Positions 54,801 through 64,000 of a stretch of 64,000 bases of DNA are shown here, piece after piece. The notes beneath the pieces were generated by a model. The model worked only from the letters and a program-made list of their open reading frames with translations. It made no database searches and was not told the origin of the DNA. A program made the translations under genes and the position numbers. The stretch's first letter is position 1, and every line of letters starts with the position of its first letter. The DNA lies in assembly GCF_000143415.4 (NCBI RefSeq), contig NW_003314271.1, forward strand, positions 434,001-498,000, read 5' to 3'. This DNA comes from Selaginella moellendorffii (taxonomy: Eukaryota; Plantae; Lycopodiophyta).

Positions 54801-57782
54801 ATGCGAGACTTGCTCAGCCGGATACGCGTGTTTGCAGCACAGAGGGATTTGTCACAGGCAAAACATCTCTACTCCCTTCTCCAACAAAACAGATACTGTC
54901 TGGACAAGCTCACCACGAATCAGCTCATGAGAATGTTTGGCAAGTGCGGGAGCGTCGAGGATGCCCGCAAATTGTTTGATCAGATTGACAACCCCGACAC
55001 AGTGCAATGGAACATCATTGTTACTGCATATGCCCAAAACGGGCATTTTCAGAACGCAAAGTCGATGTTTGATTCAAGCCCACAGCGTGATATGGTTTCT
55101 TGGAACACAATGTGTCAGAGTTTTTCGTGGAGTCACAAAGTTGATGAAGTGTCTCAATGCTTGCAAAAGATGCCACAGCACAATGTAGTCTCGTGGAACA
55201 GCCTGCTTTGCACATTTGCCCAGAACGGGCATTATCCGAAAGCGCAGGCATTGTTCGTGGCAATGCCTGAAAAAGACGTGATTTCTTGGAACATTGTCAT
55301 CTCCCAGTACGCGGAGATCGATCTAGATCGAGCAAAGTTGCTGTTTGATCGTGCTCCCCAGCACAGCGTCGTGACTTGGAATGTTTTGATTGCGCATCAC
55401 TGTGAAGAATCGAAGAGGGTGTTTGATGCGATGCCTTGCCGAGATATAGTCTCGTGGAACAGTCTCTTAGACGTGGATCAGGACCAAGAAATCTTTTCTA
55501 AGATGCCCTCGCACGACGCAATCTCGTGGATCACAGTCATTGCAGCAAATGCCCGTGAGGGGCATCTGGATTGTGCCATGGATCTCTTCGATCGCTCGCC
55601 AAGCCGATCGCTGGCGCTGTGGAACGTCATCCTCTCCGGATTCGCGAGCTCCGGGGACGTGAATCGAGCTCGATCGATCCTCTCTTCCATGCCCCGAACG
55701 GATGTGATCTCGTGGAACTCGCTCCTCGCGGGACTGCTCGAGTTTTCTTCTCTCCGCGACGCAGGCGAGCTCTTCGCAGCGATGCCGCACAGAAATCTCT
55801 CGTCGTGGACGCTGCTCGTGGGCGGATACGCGCAGCACTGCGAAACGCCCCGCCAGGCCGCCGCGATCTTGCTGGAATCGATGCCGCAGTGGGACCTTGT
55901 GCCATGGAATGCCGTGCTCTCGGCGATGGCGCGCGCGGGCGACGCCGCTGGAGCCAAAGACCTCTTTGATCGGATGCCGGATCATCGCAATGCCGTGAGC
56001 TGGATCATCTTGTGCGAGCTTGGCTGCTCAATGATCCCATTTGAGGCGTTTGACAAGATGCCCGAGCACGGTACCGCGGCGGTACTCGCCGTGGTGGCCG
56101 CCTATGCGCGGTGCCTGCGGTGGGATACCGCGCGGTACCTCTTCGAGACGCTTCGTCACCGGACCCTGGTGGCGTGGAACGCGTACCTCGCGCTTTGCGT
56201 CGCTCAGTCAGCGCTGGCCCGGCCCGCCGCGGTACTGGGCCGGATGCCGCAGTGGAGCGCCGTGTCGTGGAGCTCGATCGTGGCGGCCAGCGGCAAGAAC
56301 TCCAAGCTGGGCATGGATCCTGACGAGGAGGAGGCGAGGTTGCTGATAGAAATGACCGCGGCGGCAGCAATTGAGTCGTCCTCCCCCTCCCCGGAGCCGC
56401 GATCGATCGCGCTAGCGACGACGCTGCTCGTGGCGCACGCCCTGAATGGCGATACCGCCAGCGCCAAGTCGGTGTTTGACGATACCACGCGGCGCGACGT
56501 GGTGGCGTGGACCGCCATGGTGACGGCTTCGTCAATGGGCAAGGACCCCGACCATGCCGCCGCGGTACACCGCCGGATGCCAGCGTGGAATGTGGTGTCC
56601 TGGAATGCGCTCGTCTCGGCATATGCCCAAAACGGGCATACCGCCGCGGCACGCGCCGCATTCGACGCCATGCCTGAGAGAAACCTCCGTTCTTGGAACA
56701 GCATCATCGCGGGGCTCGCTCACAATGGCCTTCCGCGATTGGCCATCGATCTCTTCGAGAACGAGATGGATCTACCGCCCAACGAGGTGACGCTCACGAC
56801 GCTCCTGGATGCCTGCGCGGAGCTGGGCGATCTGGCGCTGGGGATCGCCCTCCACAAACGCTGCGCCGAGCTCGACCTCGATCGCCACAGCGTCGTCGCC
56901 ACCGCGCTGCTCGACATGTACTCTCGGTGTGGGCGCGTGGATCAAGCCAAGCGCGTGTTTAATTCCATGCGCGCCAGGGATGAGCGCGTCGATCTCGTGA
57001 CGTGGAACGCTATGATCGCTGGATTCGCGAGGAGCGGCCACTCCATCGAAGCCCTGGAGCTCTACCGCGAGCTGGAGAAGCTTGATCGTGAGCTCCAGCC
57101 CGACGCCTCCACCTTCGCGGCGGTGATAGATGCCTGTGCCAGCGCGGTACCGCCGGCGGTATCCGAGGGGAGAGCGATCCACCGGCAAGCGATCGCGCGC
57201 GGGATGGATGACGATCCGGTCGTGGGCAGCTCGCTGGTGGCGATGTACACCAGGATCGGCGGATTAGACGCTGCCCAGCGATGCTTCGATAGGATCACTG
57301 CCAGGAACACGGTGGCCTGGAACTCCATGCTGGTGGGATTCGCGAACCACGGCAGCGCCACTGGGGTGATCCAAAGCTTCCACGCGATGCAGCTGGACGG
57401 GGCGATCGCGGACGCCGTGACGTTCGTGGCGGTGCTGAGCTCGTGCTCCCACGCGGGATGGATCGTCGAGGCCGGGCAGTGCTTCCAATCCATGGCGGCG
57501 GATTTCTTCATCGCAGCCACGCCGGAGCACTACAGCGCGATCGGGGATCTCCTCGCGCGGCTGGGGCAGATTGGCGAGGCGCGCTCACTCATCCGGGCCA
57601 AGCCCTACGAATCCAGCGCCGCGGATTGGATGAGCCTGCTATCGGCGTGCCGGATCCACTGCAACGTCGAGCACGGCGCGAGCGCAGCGGCGCAGGCATT
57701 CGAATTCGGCGAGCTTGACGATCCCATCGCCGCCGCCAGTGGCACTTGCAAGCTCTTGCTGGGCATCTTCTCCGCCCTCTGA
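54801..57782 (+). CDS. PLS-class pentatricopeptide repeat protein with E domain, no DYW, intronless
   Basis: Long run of about 31-aa repeats (MP..(D/N)VVSWN...AQNG), then FVAVLSSCSHAG, EHYSAIGDLLARLG and WMSLLSACRIH (E domain). Confidence 0.92.
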   Translation: MRDLLSRIRVFAAQRDLSQAKHLYSLLQQNRYCLDKLTTNQLMRMFGKCGSVEDARKLFDQIDNPDTVQWNIIVTAYAQNGHFQNAKSMFDSSPQRDMVSWNTMCQSFSWSHKVDEVSQCLQKMPQHNVVSWNSLLCTFAQNGHYPKAQALFVAMPEKDVISWNIVISQYAEIDLDRAKLLFDRAPQHSVVTWNVLIAHHCEESKRVFDAMPCRDIVSWNSLLDVDQDQEIFSKMPSHDAISWITVIAANAREGHLDCAMDLFDRSPSRSLALWNVILSGFASSGDVNRARSILSSMPRTDVISWNSLLAGLLEFSSLRDAGELFAAMPHRNLSSWTLLVGGYAQHCETPRQAAAILLESMPQWDLVPWNAVLSAMARAGDAAGAKDLFDRMPDHRNAVSWIILCELGCSMIPFEAFDKMPEHGTAAVLAVVAAYARCLRWDTARYLFETLRHRTLVAWNAYLALCVAQSALARPAAVLGRMPQWSAVSWSSIVAASGKNSKLGMDPDEEEARLLIEMTAAAAIESSSPSPEPRSIALATTLLVAHALNGDTASAKSVFDDTTRRDVVAWTAMVTASSMGKDPDHAAAVHRRMPAWNVVSWNALVSAYAQNGHTAAARAAFDAMPERNLRSWNSIIAGLAHNGLPRLAIDLFENEMDLPPNEVTLTTLLDACAELGDLALGIALHKRCAELDLDRHSVVATALLDMYSRCGRVDQAKRVFNSMRARDERVDLVTWNAMIAGFARSGHSIEALELYRELEKLDRELQPDASTFAAVIDACASAVPPAVSEGRAIHRQAIARGMDDDPVVGSSLVAMYTRIGGLDAAQRCFDRITARNTVAWNSMLVGFANHGSATGVIQSFHAMQLDGAIADAVTFVAVLSSCSHAGWIVEAGQCFQSMAADFFIAATPEHYSAIGDLLARLGQIGEARSLIRAKPYESSAADWMSLLSACRIHCNVEHGASAAAQAFEFGELDDPIAAASGTCKLLLGIFSAL

Positions 57783-58112
57783 GATTATTCTAAAATATTC
57801 TATCTAACGTATAAAGAAGCATATTCTTGTTTTATTCTTAGATTTGACCTTTCCCACTTTTAAGCAAGCTTAAATTCTACGACGTGACGTGGCAGGATAT
57901 GATCCGTCCGATAATGCCAAACCAGGAATATTTTCATCATCAGCTCTAATCGGGCACCGAGACACCTTCCAATCAGGCTGTCTGTGCTCGAAGGCCTCCA
58001 GAAAACAATTAGCTACTAGCCATGTACAGGAAAATGTTACCTCCTCTAATGTTCTGTGCTTCATCTTCGCGACTCGATTCTTCCTCGTGGATCTTCTTCG
58101 TGATCCACCGCA

Positions 58113-60279
58113 TCATAGTGTACAAACGCTGGGGTTATTCGTTGCCGATGCCGGGGAGAAGTCCAGCACGATCACACTCGTGTTGTCCTTGGTCTTGAGC
58201 AGACGAGCGTTGCCGACGAGCAGCTGTGCGATCTCTTCGGCGTTCATCGGTGGGAGTGGCATCCGGCCATCGATCGTGGACCGACCGTCCCGAGCCTGAG
58301 CGCGCGAGTTAGCGGGGTAAAATACATCGAAGGAAACATACCTCAATCGCCAGCTGAATAGCCCTGATCGGGCTTAGCACGTCCCAAAGCCCGTCGCTTC
58401 CCATGACTACTATACCTTTGCTGTCCTTGGTAATCTTGAGGACTTTGCTCACGTAAGGCTCCGCCGAGAAGCAGGATTCTTCCTCCTTGAGGAACTTATC
58501 ACCCAGAGCCCGTGCTATGTTCATCCCTGGAAAACCAGTCCAAACAGCAAAACAATTTACCAACCAGTGCAAGGAGACGTTTTTAGAACTTACCACAGAT
58601 GCGCGTTTCGCCATCTTTTAGCTTTCGTCCCATTTCCAGAAGCCGTGCTCTCTCTGTTGGACTAGTAAGCCTATGGTCCTCTGTCAAGACAACCGGCTTT
58701 CCTCCGACACTGAAAGAATGAAATCAAGTTCTGGAACTACCATAATCAAAGCAGACACAAACCTTAAAACACACGATGAATCACCGAGATTGGCACATTG
58801 CACGAAATACTCCTGACCAACGGTTGACCATAATAGAAGAACTGTGGCTGTGCAACCCTGGAAGTCAGCAATAGAACGGTTACACATTCTGACCCATAGA
58901 GCACAGCTACATACAACTCACCTCGTACTCGCAATTCAAGGCTTCTTCAGTTTCTTTGAATGCATCTTTTAAAACTTTAGCCGCATCACATTGAGTTAGG
59001 ACGTCGATCCTCTCTCCTTCCACCGTAAGAATGTCCGACAACTTCTGTGGTAAAATCCTGTTGTTGAAAACCAAAAAAAGAGGCTTCACCATACAGCTCT
59101 GGTATACACATTTGAATTAACATACCTGCTAGCAGCTTCGGCTGCTGCAGGACCGCCGTGCCCATCGAAAATGCAAAAGACTCCAAACTGGATGACACAA
59201 AAATGCTTAAACCACTGTCCAATGAACGGAAAAGTACTACCTGCTGAAGTCCTCGCAGTGGCCACTCACAGTGACAGACATCTTCCATTGACAATCTTTC
59301 CCTCCGAGAAGTCATCGCATCTGCAGCCACCCCAACACCAAATGGCACCGAAGATACAGAGAACTTGGCGTCCTTCGAAGCTGAGAGATGGACCTGCACG
59401 AACTCTCGTGTAAGAAAGCAGCAAATAAGAAGATTCCAGTATGATACTTACGAGTATTTGAGACGTCGATCCTAACGTCAAGACGTCACCACTGGTAAGA
59501 CCAACAGGTGCGCTTCGACGTCTGCGAGGTCCGGAAATGGATATGGACCTGTGATTTAGGAGTGTTCCATTTAGACTACCCAAGTCTACAAGCTCCCATC
59601 GTGAAACCTGAAACGTCTAACGACGATGAGTCCACGTATGAAGCACAAGACCAGGAAACTTACGTCACAGTTCCAATTTATCACTGCATGCTTTCCGGAG
59701 ACCTCGGAATCGTTCAACACAAGATCGTTTTGAGAAATCCGGCCGATCGACAAGGCGAGTCCGCCATCTTCCGGCAATGTTCTGAGAAGGCGATTACCCG
59801 CCGAAGGCCCAGTAAGAACTTCCAAGCTTATGCTACTACCTGCGTCTTCCAAACCAACAGTGTCAGGATTTAAAAAGAAAAGAAAACAGTGGAAGTCAAA
59901 GAAAGCATGCTTAGGCGACTGGCTTACGTTGTGCGCCGGTACCCGACGATGGTAGAGAATGCCTTTCGTGAAAATTCGGAACCACTAGAGAGTCGCGAGA
60001 GACGATGGTGGCCGACGCCTCAATCCTGGGTTCCTTCTTGTTCCCAAAGTTTGGGCGCTTGAGAGTCTCTCCAATGGAGAAATCTTTGGAGAGGAGAGAC
60101 TCATTTGCATCCTACAAGACAAAGAAGAAAAACTCACACACTTGGAAAGAAAAGAAACAACCAATTACCTCTTCATCGGTCGAGGCCGAGCAGCAACGCC
60201 GCTTAATTGCGCACGCCAGGAGGACGATGCAAGGAGCTATCAACACGGCGACAGCAGCGATCAAGACTGCCTCTTTCAT
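58113..60279 (-). CDS. KAPP: Kinase-associated protein phosphatase (TM - FHA - PP2C), multi-exon
   Basis: N-terminal TM; FHA LEVLTGPS..SIGR..NDLVLNDSEVSGKHAVINWN, DLGSLNGTLLN; PP2C MEDVCHC.WPL, FCIFDGHGG, GCTATVLL, ANLGDS, NIARALGDKFLK, MGSDGLWD, KTKDNTSVI. Confidence 0.92.
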
Positions 60280-60707
60280 GATGGAGTTCCACTCCCAGAC
60301 ATGTGTCCACTACCTAAAAACTCGAAATCCCTGGCCCGCGAGCAGCGATTCACCTCTAGAAACAAGCGCTAAGATAGAATCGGAGCTGGAGCTGGAGCGA
60401 TATTACGCATTGCGCCTCGCGCCCGTTGACGCAACCAAAGCTGCTCGATTCGGCGATTCCCAGCTACAATTTCCACGTAGCAGAGCCGGGGCCAATGCAG
60501 GAGCCCTTGCGGCAGCGCATTTGGCAGCTCCAGCTAGGAGGACGCTGCTGTGCTTGCTATAAGCCCTAAGTCCATGGCGTTGCGAGATACCTCGGATCTC
60601 ACCGTCCATCCCCTGGTCATTATGAGCCGGAATGGCGTGGGAAAAGAAGGAAAGAAGCTCGAACCCGGCACCTCCCACTTGGCTGCGACAACGCAGTGCT
60701 TTTGCTG

Positions 60708-60775
60708 ACGCGTGTCACGGCAATTCACCTGTCCGTGGCCTAGTGACGTGTCCAGTGACGTGGAGTAGTACGTGG
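60708..60775. promoter_or_regulatory. Cluster of ACGT-core (ABRE/G-box/Hex-like) elements plus a CE3-like motif
   Basis: ACGCGTGTC at 60708; ACGTG at 60746, 60758 and 60770. Confidence 0.45.
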
Positions 60776-60987
60776 ACCAGACCTAGAATGCCCGAGCCTG
60801 CTAACGAAGGGAAGCTAACGGAGCTATAGTGGCGGCCCGCAATTAGGGTTCTAGCGTCCGAGGGAGCGAGCGCGGGCGCGGGAGGCGCTGGTCGTGCGGC
60901 TGCTGGTTTGTGGAGGTTTTATTCGTTGTTTTCTCACTCCCAGGGTTTTGGGTAGGGTTTAAGCGCTTTGTGGCAGCCATTGGGGCC

Positions 60988-62318
60988 ATGGCGGAGAAGA
61001 AGAAGGCCAAGGCGGACCATGAGGAAGTGTCGGAGGTAGATAACGAGCTAGTTAGCGCTATTGAGAAGTTACAGGATGTACAAGACGAACTTGAGAAGGT
61101 ACTGAGGAATTTTGGGGATTTTGCGAGTGCTCAGTGAGCGTGAATTGGATTGACAGGTAAACGAGGAAGCTAGTGATAAAGTTCTGGAAGTTGAGCAGAA
61201 GTACAATGAGATCCGGCGGCCCGTTTACAACAAGAGGAACGAGATTATTCGAAGTATACCGGATTTCTGGCTCACTGCTGTAAGTGGAGAGAATGTAGGC
61301 CATTTTTGTCACTAAGTCGGGGGTGTGTGGATCATAGTTTCTGAGCCATCCAGTTCTATGCGATCTGCTAAGCGAGGAGGACCAAAAGGTTTGCCTCCAT
61401 TCAAAAAAATGTTTTTTTTTCCTCAAGTTTTCTGGCATTGATTGACACGTAACACAGGTTTTCAAGCATCTACAGTCTTTGGATGTAGAGGATTTCAAAG
61501 ACGTGAAATCTGGATACTGCATCACATTCGTAAGTCGTTCTTTGCACGTTCCCTCGGCATTTATTAAGCGTTTCAATTCCTTCTCTGTTTTTTTTTTTTT
61601 TTTATAATATTTTTATTTGTGTGTGTGTGTGTGTCTCGGACAGTCGTTCAAACCAAACCCATACTTTGAAGATACAAAACTAGTAAAGGTTTTCCGGTTT
61701 TCCGATGAAGGTACAACTTCGATTTCTGGCACGAAGATTCGATGGAAAGACGGAATGGTAAACGCAGAGCTTAGTTGATTTCTTGCGCAACTGACTTGGT
61801 TTTGTTCACAGGATTTAACAAACGGTGCCGCTGTAGAAAAGGAAGGCAACAAACGGCCTTTAATAGAAGAGAGGTTTGTTTAATTTGCTCAACAATATTT
61901 CATCGTTTTCTTCCCCGCAGCTTTTTCAAGTGGTTTAACGATAGCCAACAGAAGGAAACGACCGAGGGCATCCAAGACGAGGTACCGAATAAAAAAACTG
62001 CGTTTGTTTCTAATCCTTCAGGCCATGCTCTCCAGGTCGCGGATGTCATCAAAGAGGATTTGTGGCCCAATCCTTTGAAGTACTTCAACAATGTATAATG
62101 CTGTGCATTGCTTTCCAATTGCCGGTTCTGACGAAAAGTGGCAGGATGGCGACTCGGATGAATATGAAGACGAAGAAGAGGACGATGAAGACGGAACGGT
62201 GAGCTTGTCTCAGTTTTTTTCTTTTTAATCACATCCAAGATCTCAGGGCGCAAAGCGAGTTGCCGATGGTTTTGAAGAAGAAGAAGAAGAGCCAGACGAC
62301 GACGACGATGAGGAGTAG
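60988..62318 (+). CDS. NAP1-related protein (NRP/SET-type histone chaperone), multi-exon
   Basis: [14 protein letters not shown]|[25 protein letters not shown]|[37 protein letters not shown], acidic tail. Confidence 0.93.
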
Positions 62319-63579
62319 AAGCTGGTGCGCGAGCGATGTTCATAGCTTGAGAAAAATGACCCGCAGCCATATTAACACTACATTTCCGTGAGAGACACAC
62401 AGAGTGAGTGATAGCAAGTACGAGTTTCTACAGCAAAAGAAGGATTTTCCCGCGTAGGTAGCCTTTCCTTTTTTTTTTTGTTTAGTTTGTCCCCTCTTTG
62501 GAAAAGTATCAGGGTTGACTTCCACAAAACAAAAAAGCTTCGAATTCTTGCACCGGCAACTTGAAGCTCACGAGATGAGATGATTGAATTGTTGCAGTAG
62601 TGCCAAAGTCGCAGAAGACCTCAACAAAACCATTGAATCCTACCTTTTTTATGGTGGCCGTTGTGCAGGTGCGCAGAATTCTGAAACTTCAAGCTTGAAA
62701 ACCCCCCGGAATTCAAAGTTAGTAGACAAACAAAGCGAGGAAATCACAGAATCGAGTCGCGATGGTGACGCAAGCACGAAAAGGTGACAGATGGGATCCC
62801 AATTCACCCAATCTCCATGGCTACCGACCAAAACCCGCGCGGTCAACCACTCTGTGACCACGGGCCCTGCGAGTGTGAAAGCACTCCTTAGTCAACGCCC
62901 ACACTGTCAGTCAATGCCTTGTTCGCCCTGACAGGAAAGGAAGCTCCCGCGAAACCCAGCCATGGAAAGCGAGCAGCTTCCACTCACCATCACCGACCAG
63001 ATCCTAAAACCTCCAAGATCAGCGGCGAACAAGCGAGGATGAGCGGCGGCCAGGAATTCCGTAGCCGGTGCACGTATCACAGAAAGCAAGAAATATTCCC
63101 ACGACAAATGCGAAACACATGCGCGAAAGAAAGCCCTAATCAAAATGCGCTCAAATGAACAGGGTTTAAAAGCACAAAACCCCACGAAGCTGCTGGCCGG
63201 TTTCACATTGCGAGAGTTCGCACTCGGTCTTTAAAGCGTGCACCCTCTCTCCCCAATCCCAAACAAAAGCAACGTTTTTCGCCAATCCAGCTGGCGGACA
63301 CGAGGAGTCGGGTCGAGACGAGTTAAAACGAGTGCCGCAAGCTATATCTCGGGTTTCTTGGCTGAGCGCCATATATACCATCGCAGCGCGCTGACTTGCA
63401 ACTCACATTGATTTTGCGCGAAGGTGGGGGTGGCTGACTTTGCCCATTGTTGGAAGTAAAACAGCGCGTTCGGCCGCCGCTGGAATAAGAATCGCCACCG
63501 AATTCTCATTCTCGCAGGGAGAGGAAAGATCCTCGCGACGACGAGGCCAGCTTCACAGGGGAGGATCGCGCAAGTAGGA

Positions 63580-64000
63580 ATGTTGGCGGTGATGAATCAT
63601 GACACGAGCGCGGCCGGAGCATCGTCGCTAGGCTGGAGCGCGAGCAGCATCACCCAGTTTGATTTCAACAGCATCGACTTCGCGGGGATCCAATCGCCCA
63701 AGGCGGAGGTGTCCCCGGAGTCCTCGTCCAGCAGCTACGATCTCTCGGCGGTGGTGCCTCCGCCACCGACATTCGCGATCGCGCCCCCCGCGCCAAGAAC
63801 AACGACAGCAGAGCAGTCCCCTGTTTGCGTGCCGGGCTCCAACCCTCGGCCGCGATTCCGGGGCGTGAGGCGGCGGCCATGGGGCAAATGGGCCGCCGAG
63901 ATCCGCGATCCCAAGAAGGCCGCCAGAGTGTGGCTGGGGACGTATGATACCCCCGAGGACGCGGCGCGAGCTTACGACATGGCGGCGCTGCGCTTCCGGG
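63580..64000 (+). CDS. AP2/ERF transcription factor, group X-like (runs off the right edge; an upstream exon is possible)
   Basis: [49 protein letters not shown]. Confidence 0.88.
   Translation, partial: MLAVMNHDTSAAGASSLGWSASSITQFDFNSIDFAGIQSPKAEVSPESSSSSYDLSAVVPPPPTFAIAPPAPRTTTAEQSPVCVPGSNPRPRFRGVRRRPWGKWAAEIRDPKKAARVWLGTYDTPEDAARAYDMAALRFR

Overview
Eukaryotic land-plant genomic DNA: very gene-dense, with tiny (about 50-80 bp) GT-AG introns, telo-boxes and an intronless PLS-class PPR gene. This style fits a lycophyte such as Selaginella (inference, not verified). Contents in order: 5' part of a CYP72-clan P450, a phospholipase A1 plus its decayed tandem copy, a disrupted coclaurine-N-methyltransferase-like gene, a UGT, an intronless BTB protein fused to a USP7/UBP12-type C-terminal region, plastid RNase II, NDUFA5, a RING-H2 E3, a class III peroxidase, a DxD glycosyltransferase-like gene and a VND/NST-type NAC. 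Next is an about 9 kb tandem duplication (two ABCC transporters, one truncated and one full UvrD-family helicase, a microhomology junction and an internal inversion of about 740 bp). Then come an array of signal-peptide-bearing aegerolysin-like genes and remnants, a decayed Ty3/gypsy integrase, NdhN, an ERN/RAP2.11-like ERF, OEP37, an aldo-keto reductase, a PPR-E gene, KAPP, a NAP1-related histone chaperone and a truncated group X ERF. The best candidates for novel biology are the BTB::USP7-C-terminal fusion and the secreted aegerolysin array. All homology calls come from motif recognition by eye; no database searches were run.
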